Source: Nitrosopumilus sp.
Lineage (GTDB): Archaea > Thermoproteota > Nitrososphaeria > Nitrososphaerales > Nitrosopumilaceae
Reading direction: 5' to 3'
Assembly (NCBI GenBank): GCA_965197525.1
Contig: OZ240211.1
Span: 32,001 to 96,000 of the forward strand
Length of the DNA stretch: 64,000 nt
Position numbers and translations under genes: made by a program. Each line of letters opens with the position of its first letter. Within the stretch, counting starts at the first letter, position 1. The notes beneath the pieces were generated by a model that was not told the origin of the DNA, searched no databases, and saw only the letters and a list, made by a program, of their open reading frames with translations. Below, one piece after another: positions 20,228 to 33,900 of this stretch.

Positions 20228-20566
20228 ATGTCTGATGATCTCCAGAAGCGAGCAGCTGATATGTTGTTAAATGGTGCGACATTACTCGGTGAGCCTTGTC
20301 CATACTGTAACGGTGTTAGAGTTCTGAATCACGGATATGCGTTATGTACTAGTTGTGGCAGCGAACCTGAATCAAAGGATGTTCATTCTCCTTCTACTCC
20401 AACAAATCATAATCCTCCTCCTCCTCCTCCTATTGATGATGTTTTACAACAAAAGATAGACTCTCTATCAAAAGAACTGGCATCAGAAAGAGATCATCAA
20501 AGACAACAAAATATCCTAAAAACAATAAATTTGCTGTTAGATACGGCAAATAGGATTAAAAGCTGA
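20228..20566 (+). CDS. Autoantigen p27 (Sjogren/scleroderma autoantigen 1)-like zinc-ribbon protein
   Basis: AADMLLNGATLLGEPCPYC...CTSC matches the family pattern. ATG at 20228. Confidence 0.8.
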   Translation: MSDDLQKRAADMLLNGATLLGEPCPYCNGVRVLNHGYALCTSCGSEPESKDVHSPSTPTNHNPPPPPPIDDVLQQKIDSLSKELASERDHQRQQNILKTINLLLDTANRIKS

Positions 20567-20611
20567 TTACTAGTGTATATTCTTCAGTCTTTATTTACGA
20601 TATTTAGGGAA

Positions 20612-20863
20612 TTATATACACGAGTAGTCATCCCCCATGTCTTTTCTTGGCGTTCTGAAAAAGTCAAACGGCTTCTCGTCAGAAGAACCTTCTTCATTGG
20701 TTGACGGATTCAAACCATCCCCATTCTTGCGCATATAGCAACGTGCACAAGTTTCTGTAAATGATATTTTATGACCATCATAGGCATAATGCCTCTTGTC
20801 TGGGGAATATGCCAAAAGCAAAAAAAAAAAAAAAATGCATGGAAGATTAAAATTCAGATTCAT
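20612..20863 (-). CDS. Hypothetical small protein, possibly disrupted at a 16-nt homopolymer
   Basis: 83-aa ORF with CxxC that crosses the A16 tract at 20820-20835. No recognisable family. Confidence 0.2.
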   Translation of the reverse strand: MNLNFNLPCIFFFFLLLAYSPDKRHYAYDGHKISFTETCARCYMRKNGDGLNPSTNEEGSSDEKPFDFFRTPRKDMGDDYSCI

Positions 20864-20941
20864 GTATGGCTATACATACCACATTGGAAAAAAATGCAGG
20901 CACCAACATGATACGTACAGAAGATCAAGCTGTTCGTACAA

Positions 20942-21353
20942 TCATTGCTTTTGTGCAGATTTAGACGATATCTGGTGTTGATACAATGTCGGGATTTGGC
21001 GGGTGCCATCCATCTTTATGAATAGCCGCATGATTCCTTTGGGCGGTTTTCTCTTCTGGCATTTCTTAAAATTATAATCAAACTTGTGTACTAGGATAAA
21101 CTCATACACTGCTGCCAGATGTGCATCCTTGTCTGCATAACGTAGGAAATGATTCATTGCACGTTTGAGTACGCACCATACTTCCTCTACAGGACTCGTA
21201 TGTGAATGTTCTACAGGATACCCCATGACAATAATGTCGAGCTCTGCAAAGAATCTTTCTGCTTCCTGGGATGTATGCCGCGATGCCTTGTCTAGTATCA
21301 TGACCATCTTACCTGCCTCCCTGTACACCTTGTCCATATGTTCTAGAAAGGAA
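20942..21353 (-). pseudogene. IS630-family transposase, C-terminal fragment (DDE_3-like)
   Basis: MVMILDKASRHTS and HSHTSPVEEVWCVLKR resemble the IS630 LDNAxxH and LNPIExxW motifs. Confidence 0.8.
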
Positions 21354-21594
21354 CCCCACTGTCTGGCATATCGCCTTATCTGCGTAGTGTTCCCATTTGA
21401 TAATAGCTCATTTTGATTTTATTATTTTTGTACATCTCTTGTATAAATATTATTTATCTTGTCAATGTCAGTATACAGAATGTTTGTAATATTCTACTTG
21501 AACATGAAAATACATTTAGTTAAAAAATAATTTACTAAATACGCAATATTTTTTAAACCAAAAAGCTGTATTACGATAACGATTTGAACAACAC

Positions 21595-21982
21595 ATGACA
21601 GCAGAAAAATCCCTGCCTACAGGCAGCAAATTTCTATATGGAACAAGTGTAGGACGTCTGAAAAAGATGCAAAGAAATGAAAAGGATCCCAAAGCTGCCA
21701 AAAGACTTCTTGTGTTTATCAAGAGGAAAGGGAACATGGCCATCCGTAAGATATGTGACTTGATGAACATGTCATACACGACTGTGCGCCAATGGTTGTG
21801 GCGTGCAACGGATATGGGATTACAAGGAAGATACGACAATGTACGCCCCGGAATGCCATGCAGGCTTGATGACTCACAACTGAAATGTCTCAGAGCGGAT
21901 CTTATTGCAGGCCCTCAAAAGTGCGGATTCATGTCAAATGTATGGACTGCGCGACTGGTGTTAATACATCAGAAGTTGAAAA
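21595..21982 (+). pseudogene. IS630-family transposase, N-terminal HTH fragment interrupted by an IS3 derivative
   Basis: HTH region, RPGMPCRLDDSQL and FMSNVWTARLV (winged-helix, WT motif). The native frame ends at the IS3 TG terminus. Confidence 0.75.
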
Positions 21983-22598
21983 TGTACCCTCTACACACGT
22001 TTTTTACGCATAATTTTACAAGCTAACGCACATAATTTTTTGATACATGGAACCTGTACTGCCATGCGTCTGGTTCCATACGTGGGTCGCTTGGAGGATA
22101 TCTCTCTTACCTTGTCTGTGACCTCTGCATTTATCATAACATCTCTTGATTTTTTAGTATAATGCCAAGCGTGTTTGGACATCCCGCAATACTGCAAGGC
22201 TTTGTTCAGACTCATCTCTTTGCTTGTTTCACGTACTGCCTGCATCCTCATCGTTTTGTTCCCTCCAAAGTTTTTTTTAAAACGTCGTTGGCTATGGTGA
22301 TCTCACCTATTATACGCTTGAGATTCTCTACCTCTTTTGCATGATTTTTGGTCTTGCTTCCTTTGTTTATGAGAGCCTCCTTGCCTCCCTGCAGAAACTT
22401 GTCTTTCCAGTCTTGGAATGTGGTTGGAGATATGTTGTGTTTGCGACACAATTCGGCAGCAGATATACTGGTATTGATAAATTCCATTACAATTATTGCC
22501 TTATCTTGAGGGTTACGCTTCTTGTTCATACCCTTCCTCTAACCTCCTGTCCCAAAAAGTATACGGATTTGATCGGTTTCATTATAGAGGGGTCCGCA
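21983..22598 (-). mobile_element. Internally deleted IS3-family element (616 bp): intact orfA, truncated orfB
   Basis: TG...CA termini share CCCTCTA. orfA (22248-22529) is an HTH protein. orfB (21991-22251) has PTYGTRRM but lacks the integrase core. Confidence 0.8.
22248..22529 (-). CDS. IS3-family OrfA (HTH_Tnp_1-like)
   Basis: AAELCRKHNISPTTFQDWKDKF and ENLKRIIGEITIANDVLKK are typical of IS3 OrfA. Confidence 0.88.
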   Translation of the reverse strand: MNKKRNPQDKAIIVMEFINTSISAAELCRKHNISPTTFQDWKDKFLQGGKEALINKGSKTKNHAKEVENLKRIIGEITIANDVLKKTLEGTKR

Positions 22599-22671
22599 CC
22601 AAAAAAAAAACAGGGTTCAGGTTACTATTTTTGATCACAAGATAATTATATCATACTCTATTACATAACAC

Positions 22672-24510
22672 ATGCTCATATATTCCAGTTTTGAGGATGG
22701 ACGAACTATTTTTGGGATCCCACACTATAATTATTATTTTAACACATGTTCTATACTCAAAGTATCACCCTGTACGGATGACGTCGACGGTTCCATAACG
22801 CCGACATCAAGCGGTACCGTTGATGCAAGCCAGGCCGGAACGTACACCGTGACCTACTCTTGTACGGATTTGGCAAACAATGAGGCTACACCGGTGTCAA
22901 GAACCGTGATCGTTTCAGAGAGTATGGGCCAGTCTCCCCCCCCTCTCAACCACCCTCCTACTGTCGATGCCGGATCTGACCGTACCGTCAACGAAATGAC
23001 GACAGTCACGCTGTCAGGGTCTGCAAGCAATCCCGATGTCGGCGACATCCTGACGTACTCGTGGTCGCAGGACTCTGGGACGCCAGTGGTGACGCTGACA
23101 AACGACGACACCCTCCGGCCGCAGTTTACGGCGCCGGGTGTCGCCTCTGATGTGGAGGAGGTGGAGTTTGTATTCAGACTTGCCGTCACAGACGACCTAG
23201 ACAAATCCGCAGAGGACACCGTCACAATAACCGTGCGTAATGTGCCCATAACGGTATCGTCTGCCACGTACAATCCCGGCAACGGGCAGCTGACGATTAC
23301 ATTCAACTATGACATTGGCACCGTCGACTATTCCGGACTACACGTGCGCAGTGCAGACTCTGATACCGGCGGCATTACGCTCTTTGATGCAGACTCTAGG
23401 GACATATCCTCTGCCAGAACGATAACTGCAGTCCTTGACTCTGACATGAGGGAGACGTATGCGGATCTGACTGACCCGCATCTTGTTACTGATAACGGCG
23501 CTGTAACGGACACTGACGGTGACACGACAACTGACGTGCCGGACCTGCCCATAAGGGATGTAAGCTCCCGCAAAAAATCATCCTCACTCCCGCCAGCAGT
23601 TGACTTGGGCACGCTGGCATACCAGAGACATGTCGACATCCCGCCGCACATTGCAGAGCAGATGACATCACGCAGCGACTCTGACCCGCTTGAGCCACTC
23701 GTACCCGATGGTACCTTTGAGTTTCCGCTTGTGATAAACGGGTACGGCTACCTGCTCGATGCTTCCATCAACACGCTGGTACCTCAGACTGTCACGGCAG
23801 GGGACGACGGTTCTGTGACTATCACCTTTACCGTGTACACCGAAAAGGATCTTGCACACTTTGCACTGTACCTTAACTTGCAGGACGGCAATACCGACTA
23901 TGTAGACAGCGACACGTACATAATGTACAAAGACGGCGACGGCACGACAGTTGTGACTGACCCGCACGGATACATCGCCGACGCCACAATCACCGTGACG
24001 CAGGAGGACGACTCTGTACCTGAAAGGAAGACTGTTCGGATAACCATAGAGTTTGGAGATGAGCCGATGGGTTCCACCAACATGGTCGCATACATGTGGA
24101 ATACCGACAGAAAGGCCACGTTCGTCAGGATGATTGACGCACTTGAGGTGGTAATGGCACTACCGCTGCTGCCTCCACAGGAGCCTGTCATGCAGGCAGC
24201 AGACCCTGAACCCGTCGAACCTGACTCCGTACTCCCTACAGACCCCGAACCCGCATTCTATGACATACTGGAACCGGATGATTACGACGAGGTGCAAGTC
24301 CTGCACCTCATACGCATGTGGTCAGGTTTTGAGCCCGAGATGATCACAGACGAGCAGCTGCTGGCCTCGCTCGGATTTGATGATGACGACTATCCAGACG
24401 CGGACATTCCCGACTGGGTGATGACCAAGCTGGGGGTGTTGGTAGTAAAGGGCGATGTCACGGTAAACGAGTTAGTGCTTGTACTGCAGTACGTACTGGA
24501 TGGTACATAG
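22672..24510 (+). pseudogene. N-terminally truncated surface protein: DUF5011-like Ig, PKD-like repeat and the conserved C-terminal domain shared with the 4490 protein
   Basis: CTDDVDGSITPTSSGTVDASQAGTYTVTYSCTD, NHPPTVDAGSDRTV and a C-terminus ending IRMWSGFEPE...IPDWVMTKLGVLVVKG. No signal peptide, and the first ~30 codons are AT-rich and look non-coding. Confidence 0.7.
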
Positions 24511-24555
24511 GTGATACGAAATGCCTCAGACCGACATGCCTCTTGGTACTGCTCT

Positions 24556-24754
24556 CCCTCTGATGAAACCAATCAAATCCGTATACTTTTTGGAACAGGA
24601 GGTTAGAGGGATGGCATGCACAAGAAGTAACCACAAGGCAATAATCGTAATGGAATTTATCAATACCGGCATTCTGCTGCCGAATTGTGTCGCAAACACA
24701 ACACATATCTCCAACCACATTCCAAGACTGGAAAGACAAGTTTCTACAGGAGGC
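24556..24754 (+). mobile_element. Degenerate second IS3 left end with the 5' half of orfA, inverted relative to 22383-22592
   Basis: ATGAAACC(A/G)ATCAAATCCGTATACTTTTTGG...GACTGGAAAGACAAGTTTCT matches the reverse complement of the first copy. Confidence 0.85.
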
Positions 24755-24993
24755 CAGTGGGGGGGGGGGTGGTAGGGTGTATGTGTGGATAGAGGAAGAG
24801 CTGTGTCGTATCGCCGTTCCCCATGTATTTACCATTATGCAAGAGACACTCGGAGATCTCATACACGGTTTGATGTCTTTTGCCAACCCCATCCGTATTT
24901 ACGCTTAACTGTCATTGATTGCCTGATCAATTGGTTCATAGTTGATTCTGTGCATCTTTCATATCAACATCTTTCTGCTTCGATCGATGAGAA

Positions 24994-27900
24994 ATGTTCC
25001 TGACAAAATCTCTGCTTGTGTCGTTGGTGTTGTTTTGTGGCGTGTTGCTATTTCCTGATGTCTATGCACAAACACCAGACAACAGGTCTCCAACCTTTGA
25101 GTCCTCTGAATTTAATCTCATGACAGGAGTGCTCACGATAGCCTTCTCAGAGACCATAGATGTGACGCCTGCCACAAATGTTGTTCCATCCCAGATACAC
25201 ATCAGGGAGTCAGACAACTACACCGGCGGTATAACCCTGACTGCACAGGAGCTTGACACTGTATCTGACGGTACTACGATCTCATTTACCCTGACTGCAT
25301 CACACCTTGCAGCAGTCAAAGCACTGACTGTGCCGGAGCTGACAATCGAGCCGGGGGCAGTACAAGACACGTCTGGCAACCTCATTGTCGGCACCTTTGA
25401 TGCATCTACTGCTACCTTTGTTGATGCCACCTCGATCTCGTTCCAAGAATCTCATCCGACAGGCATGGCATTCTCAAATGACGGTACCAAGATGTTTGTA
25501 ATAGGTACCGGTAGTGACGCCGTAATCGAATACACTCTATCTGTCCCATTTGATGCCTCCACGCTAGATTACATAGACGCCACCTCGATCAAATCGGAGG
25601 AAACTTGGCCATCAGGCATAACATTCTCAGATGACGGTACCAAGATGTTTATAATAGGTGCCGGTAGTGACGCCGTAACCGAATACGCCCTGTCTACTGC
25701 CTTTGATGCCTCCGCCCTGACCTTGACTAACACCACATCGATCTCAGATCAGGAAACCGCTCCAAGAGGCATGGCATTCTCAAATGACGGCACCAGGATG
25801 TTTGTAGTAGGTGCTCACAGCAACGCCGTAAACGAATACACTCTATCTGTCCCATTTGATGCCTCCACTCTGACTTATGCTGGTATTGTATCCCTGACAC
25901 CACGAGAAAATACGCCACAAGACATAGCATTCTCAAATGACGGCACCAAGATGTTTGTATTAGGCGGTGATGAAAGCATCATAAGCGAATATGCTCTATC
26001 TATCCCCTTTATTGCCTCCACCGGCACCTTCATTGACGCCACCCCTGTTGTCCCATTATGGGAAACACATGCAACAGGTATGGCATTCTCAAATGACGGT
26101 GCCAAGATGTTTGTAATAGGCCGTATCGGAGATTCCATATACGAATATGCGCTAAGCTCAGTCTATCCCATTGCCATAGATTCCTCTCCTCCCACCTTTG
26201 TGTCCTCTGGACTTAATCCCGTGACAAGAGTGCTCACGATAGCCTTCTCAGAGGATGTGGATGTGACGCCTGCCACAAATGTCGTTCCGGTCAAGATACA
26301 CATCAGGGAGTCAGGCAATTACACTGACGGCATAACCCTGACTGCCCAGGAGCTTGACACTGCATCTGACGGTACTACGATCTCATTTACCCTGACTGCA
26401 TCACACCTTGCAGCAGTCAAAGCACTGACTGTGCCGGAGCTGACAATCGAGCCGGGGGCAGTACAAGACGTATCTGGCAACCTCATTGTCGGCACCTTTG
26501 ATGCATCTACTGCTACCTTTGTTAGTGCCACCTCGATCTCGTTCCAAGAATCTTCTCCGACAGGCATGGCATTCTCAAATGACGGCACCAGAATGTTTGT
26601 AATAGGTGTTAACAGCGACAGCGTAAACGAATACACTCTATCTGTCCCCTTTGATGCCTCCACCCGTACCTACGTTAATGCCACCTCCGTCTCAGACCAG
26701 GAGATATATCCGACAGGCATGGCATTCTCAAATGACGGTACCAAGATGTTTGTAATAGGTGTTAACAGCGACAGCGTAAACGAATACACTCTATCTGTCC
26801 CCTTTGATGCCTCCACCCGTACCTACGTTAATGCCACCTCCGTCTCAGACCAGGAGATATATCCGACAGGCATGGCATTCTCAAATGACGGTACCAAGAT
26901 GTTTGTAATAGGTGTTAACAGCGACAGCGTAAACGAATACACTCTATCTGTCCCCTTTGATGCCTCCACCCGTACCTACGTTAATGCCACCTCCGTCTCA
27001 GACCAGGAGACAAGTCCGACAGGCATGGCATTCTCAAATGACGGTACCAAGATGTTTGTAATAGGTATTAACAGCGACAGCGTAAACGAATACACTCTAT
27101 CTGTCCCCTTTGATGCCTCCACCCGTACCTACGTTAATGCCACCTCCGTCTCAGACCAGGAGACAAGTCCGACAGACATGGCATTCTCAAATGACGGTAC
27201 CAAGATGTTTGTAATAGGTGCTAGTAGAGGCTACGTACACGAGTACACGCTAAGCTCAGTCTATCCTGTTACCTTGGATTCCTCTCTTCCCGACTTTATC
27301 ATGTACACACCTGACGTATCCTCCACCAATGTTAATGGAACATACTTTACAGGTGCCATGATCGACGTAACTGCAACATTCCCAAACGCAGTAAATATGA
27401 AGACGTCTGGCATTGTTGATGGGAAAGGAGGATTTGACAGACTGAAAGGTGCAAATTCTGTTACAATCGTGACAATCAGCGGCAAGACATATGCACTTGC
27501 GTCTAGCACAATTGACGACGGCGTTCAGATTATTGATATTACTGATCCCTCGGATCCGTTTGCAGTTGCATCCTTTGGAGCCGGTGATGCCGATAGCAAC
27601 GGCGATATCTTTGATAGTCTTGTTGCGCCGTTTGACGCTACAACTATTGTAATTGATGGCAGGACATACGCTCTAGTGGTCGGTACTTTATCTCACGGCA
27701 TCCAGATTGTTGATATTACAGATCCTGCTGATCCTATTGCAGTTGCATCAGTCTTTCATAGTATTGAATTCCCAGCGCTTGTAGGACCAAGGTCTCTTAC
27801 CTCCGTAACAATTGACAAAAATATCTATGCGCTGGTTGCAGGCTACCATGCCGACGGCATCCAGATTATCAACATCACCGATCCTGTTGCCCCTGCCGCA

Positions 27901-30900
27901 GTTGCACATATATCCGACAGCACCGATTCTAATCCTACAGATTATGTCACATTGGACATTCCAACTTTTGTTACTACTTTTGTAGTTGATGATAAAACAT
28001 ACGCCTTGGTGACGAGTGCTGATGATCACGGCATCCAGATAATCGACATCTCTGATCCTGCCGCCCCTGTAGCCGTTGCATCAGTGACTGACCTGAATGA
28101 CTGTGACGGTATTCCAGAAGACGAGTGCTTTGATACGCTTCGGGTTTCATACCATGCCATCATCACTGTAATTAATGATGATACTTATGCGCTGGTGGCA
28201 AGCGCTGCAGATTCTGGCATCCAGATAATTAACGTTACAGATCCTGCCTCTCCTGCCGCCGTTGCATCAGTGACTGACCTGAATGATTGTGATGATACTC
28301 CAGAAGATGAGTGCTTCGATCAGCTTGCCGGTGCTACGCATATGGCTATTACAATAATTGATGGCAAAACTTATGCGCTGGTGACAGGCCTGTCAGACAA
28401 CGGCGTCCAGATAATCGACATCTCTGATCCCGCTGCCCCTACTGCCACCGCATCAGTAACTGACAGTACGGCTAGCAACCCTACAGGCTATAGGGAACTT
28501 GGCGGTGCAAATGCCGTTGCAATTACAACAACCGTTCTTGGCAAGACTTACGCACTGGTGGCTGGATATGCTGATAACAGCATCCAGATAATCGACATCA
28601 CAGACCCTGAATCGCCCGTACCTGTCTACTTTAACCCGTACATAAATCTGGACTTGACACATACCACTCAACGCGCAGAATATGCGTCTGGATCTGGAAC
28701 TGACACCCTCTCCTTTAGGTATGTGGTGCAACCTGGTGACTTTTCGCTGGATCTTGCATACACTGATTCTGCGGCACTAGTAGTACCGCGTATTAGCAAA
28801 ATAGAGGATGCTGACAATAACGTTTCTATCGTATCGGTACTAGCTGATCCCGGACAGCCAAAATCACTTAGCACAAACAAGGACATTAAAATTAACGTGC
28901 ACGTAGCCGATGCAGGAGACGACGACAATGTAGATGAAAATGTCCTGTACACCCTCAACGGTACAGGCTCTACCGGCCCCCTCGAGAACCCGTTGACATT
29001 TGAATGGACACAGGACTCTGGTCCGACGGTAACCTTGACAGACATCAATGCGGTCTCCCCGTCGTTTGTTGCCCCCGTCGTAGCTGAGAACACCCCGGTG
29101 GTCTTCACCCTCAACGTCACAGCTGCAGGAGAGTCTGACACGGACACCGTCACCATTACGATAATTGACAGTGAAAGCAACGCGCCAGTCGCTGATGCAG
29201 GTGATGATGACAATGTCAACGAAGGTGTCTCGTACACCCTTGATGGTACAGATTCCACTGACCCCAACGACGACCCGCTGTCATTTGAGTGGACACAGGA
29301 CTCTGGTCCGACGGTAACCCTGACAGGTGCCAATACTGACTCTCCGTCGTTTGTTGCCCCTGCCGTAGCTGAGAACACCCCGGTGGTCTTCACCCTCAAC
29401 GTCACAGCTGCAGGAGAGTCTGACACGGACACCGTCACCATTACGATAATTGACAGTGAAAGCAACGCGCCAGTCGCTGATGCAGGTGATGATGACAATG
29501 TAGATGAGGGTACCTCGTACACCCTTGATGGTACAGATTCCACTGACCCCAACGACGACCCGCTGTCATTTGAGTGGACACAGGACTCTGGCCCAACGGT
29601 AACCCTGACAGGTGCCAATACTGACTCTCCGTCGTTTGTTGCCCCTGCCGTAGCTGAGAACACCCCGGTGGTCTTCACCCTCAACGTCACAGCTGCAGGA
29701 GAGTCTGACACGGACACCGTCACCATTACGATAATTGACAGTGAAAGCAACGCGCCAGTCGCTGATGCAGGTGATGATGACAATGTCAACGAAGGTGTCT
29801 CGTACACCCTTGATGGTACAGATTCCACTGACCCCAACGACGACCCGCTGTCATTTGAGTGGACACAGGACTCTGGTCCGACGGTAACCCTGACAGGTGC
29901 CAATACTGACTCTCCGTCGTTTGTCGCCCCCGCAGTAGCTGAGAACACCCCGGTGGTCTTTACCCTCAACGTCACAGCTGCAGGAGAGTCTGACACGGAC
30001 ACAGTCACCATCACGATAATTGACAGTGAAAGCAACGCGCCAGTCGCTGATGCAGGTGATGATGACAATGTCAACGAAGGTGTCTCGTACACCCTTGATG
30101 GTACAGATTCCACTGACCCCAACGACGACCCGCTGTCATTTGAGTGGACACAGGACTCTGGTCCGACGGTAACCCTGACAGGTGCCAATACTGACTCTCC
30201 GTCGTTTGTTGCCCCTGCCGTAGCTGAGAACACCCCGGTGGTCTTCACCCTCAACGTCACAGCTGCAGGAGAGTCTGACACGGACACCGTCACCATTACG
30301 ATAATTGACAGTGAAAGCAACGCGCCAGTCGCTGATGCAGGTGATGATGACAATGTAGATGAGGGTACCTCGTACACCCTTGATGGTACAGATTCCACTG
30401 ACCCCAACGACGACCCGCTGTCATTTGAGTGGACACAGGACTCTGGCCCAACGGTAACCCTGACAGGTGCCAATACTGACTCTCCGTCGTTTGTTGCCCC
30501 TGCCGTAGCTGAGAACACCCCGGTGGTCTTTACCCTCAACGTCACAGCTGCAGGAGAGTCTGACACGGACACAGTCACCATCACGATAATTGACAGTGAA
30601 AGCAACGCGCCAGTCGCTGATGCAGGTGATGATGACAATGTCAACGAAGGTGTCTCGTACACCCTTGATGGTACAGATTCCACTGACCCCAACGACGACC
30701 CGCTGTCATTTGAGTGGACACAGGACTCTGGTCCGACGGTAACCCTGACAGGTGCCAATACTGACTCTCCGTCGTTTGTTGCCCCTGCCGTAGCTGAGAA
30801 CACCCCGGTGGTCTTCACCCTCAACGTCACAGCTGCAGGAGAGTCTGACACGGACACCGTCACCATTACGATAATTGACAGTGAAAGCAACGCGCCAGTC

Positions 30901-33900
30901 GCTGATGCAGGTGATGATGACAATGTAGATGAGGGTACCTCGTACACCCTTGATGGTACAGATTCCACTGACCCCAACGACGACCCGCTGTCATTTGAGT
31001 GGACACAGGACTCTGGCCCAACGGTAACCCTGACAGGTGCCAATACTGACTCTCCGTCGTTTGTTGCCCCTGCCGTAGCTGAGAACACCCCGGTGGTCTT
31101 TACCCTCAACGTCACAGCTGCAGGAGAGTCTGACACGGACACAGTCACCATTACGATAATTGACAGTGAAAGCAACGCGCCAGTCGCTGATGCAGGTGAT
31201 GATGACAATGTCAACGAAGGTGTCTCGTACACCCTTGATGGTACAGATTCCACTGACCCCAACGACGACCCGCTGTCATTTGAGTGGACACAGGACTCTG
31301 GTCCGACGGTAACCCTGACAGATGCCAATACTGACTCTCCGTCGTTTGTTGCCCCTGCCGTAGCTGAGAACACCCCGGTGGTCTTCACCCTCAACGTCAC
31401 AGCTGCAGGAGAGTCTGACACGGACACCGTCACCATTACGATAATTGACAGTGAAAGCAACGCGCCAGTCGCTGATGCAGGTGATGATGACAATGTAGAT
31501 GAGGGTACCTCGTACACCCTTGATGGTACAGATTCCACTGACCCCAACGACGACCCGCTGTCATTTGAGTGGACACAGGACTCTGGTCCGACGGTAACCC
31601 TGACAGATGCCAATACTGACTCTCCGTCGTTTGTTGCCCCTGCCGTAGCTGAGAACACCCCGGTGGTCTTTACCCTCAACGTCACAGCTGCAGGAGAGTC
31701 TGACACGGACACCGTCACCATTACGATAATTGACAGTGAAAGCAACGCGCCAGTCGCTGATGCAGGTGATGATGACAATGTAGATGAGGGTACCTCGTAC
31801 ACCCTTGATGGTACAGATTCCACTGACCCCAACGACGACCCGCTGTCATTTGAGTGGACACAGGACTCTGGTCCGACGGTAACCCTGACAGGTGCCAATA
31901 CTGACTCTCCGTCGTTTGTTGCCCCTGCCGTAGCTGAGAACACCCCGGTGGTCTTTACCCTCAACGTCACAGCTGCAGGAGAGTCTGACACGGACACAGT
32001 CACCATCACGATAATTGACAGTGAAAGCAACGCGCCAGTCGCTGATGCAGGTGATGATGACAATGTAGATGAGGGTACCTCGTACACCCTTGATGGTACA
32101 GATTCCACTGACCCCAACGACGACCCGCTGTCATTTGAGTGGACACAGGACTCTGGTCCGACGGTAACCCTGACAGGTGCCAATACTGACTCTCCGTCGT
32201 TTGTCGCCCCCGCAGTAGCTGAGAACACCCCGGTGGTCTTCACCCTCAACGTCACAGCTGCAGGAGAGTCTGACACGGACACCGTCACCATTACGATAAT
32301 TGACAGTGAAAGCAACGCGCCAGTCGCTGATGCAGGTGATGATGACAATGTAGATGAGGGTACCTCGTACACCCTTGATGGTACAGATTCCACTGACCCC
32401 AACGACGACCCGCTGTCATTTGAGTGGACACAGGACTCTGGTCCGACGGTAACCCTGACAGGTGCCAATACTGACTCTCCGTCGTTTGTCGCCCCCGCAG
32501 TAGCTGAGAACACCCCGGTGGTCTTCACCCTCAACGTCACAGCTGCAGGAGAGTCTGACACGGACACCGTCACCATTACGATAATTGACAGTGAAAGCAA
32601 CGCGCCAGTCGCTGATGCAGGTGATGATGACAATGTAGATGAGGGTACCTCGTACACCCTTGATGGTACAGATTCCACTGACCCCAACGACGACCCGCTG
32701 TCATTTGAGTGGACACAGGACTCTGGTCCGACGGTAACCCTGACAGATGCCAATACTGACTCTCCGTCGTTTGTCGCCCCCGCAGTAGCTGAGAACACCC
32801 CGGTGGTCTTTACCCTCAACGTCACAGCTGCAGGAGAGTCTGACACGGACACCGTCACCATTACGATAATTGACAGTGAAAGCAACGCGCCAGTCGCTGA
32901 TGCAGGTGATGATGACAATGTCAACGAAGGTGTCTCGTACACCCTTGATGGTACAGATTCCACTGACCCCAACGACGACCCGCTGTCATTTGAGTGGACA
33001 CAGGACTCTGGTCCGACGGTAACCCTGACAGGTGCCAATACTGACTCTCCGTCGTTTGTTGCCCCTGCCGTAGCTGAGAACACCCCGGTGGTCTTTACCC
33101 TCAACGTCACAGCTGCAGGAGAGTCTGACACGGACACCGTCACCATTACGATAATTGACAGTGAAAGCAACGCGCCAGTCGCTGATGCAGGTGATGATGA
33201 CAATGTCAACGAAGGTGTCTCGTACACCCTTGATGGTACAGATTCCACTGACCCCAACGACGACCCGCTGTCATTTGAGTGGACACAGGACTCTGGTCCG
33301 ACGGTAACCCTGACAGATGCCAATACTGACTCTCCGTCGTTTGTCGCCCCTGCCGTAGCTGAGAACACCCCGGTGGTCTTTACCCTCAACGTCACAGCTG
33401 CAGGAGAGTCTGACACGGACACCGTCACCATTACGATAATTGACAGTGAAAGCAACGCGCCAGTCGCTGATGCAGGTGATGATGACAATGTAGATGAGGG
33501 TACCTCGTACACCCTTGATGGTACAGATTCCACTGACCCCAACGACGACCCGCTGTCATTTGAGTGGACACAGGACTCTGGTCCGACGGTAACCCTGACA
33601 GATGCCAATACTGACTCTCCGTCGTTTGTTGCCCCTGCCGTAGCTGAGAACACCCCGGTGGTCTTTACCCTCAACGTCACAGCTGCAGGAGAGTCTGACA
33701 CGGACACAGTCACCATCACGATAATTGACAGTGAAAGCAACGCGCCAGTCGCTGATGCAGGTGATGATGACAATGTCAACGAAGGTGTCTCGTACACCCT
33801 TGATGGTACAGATTCCACTGACCCCAACGACGACCCGCTGTCATTTGAGTGGACACAGGACTCTGGTCCGACGGTAACCCTGACAGGTGCCAATACTGAC

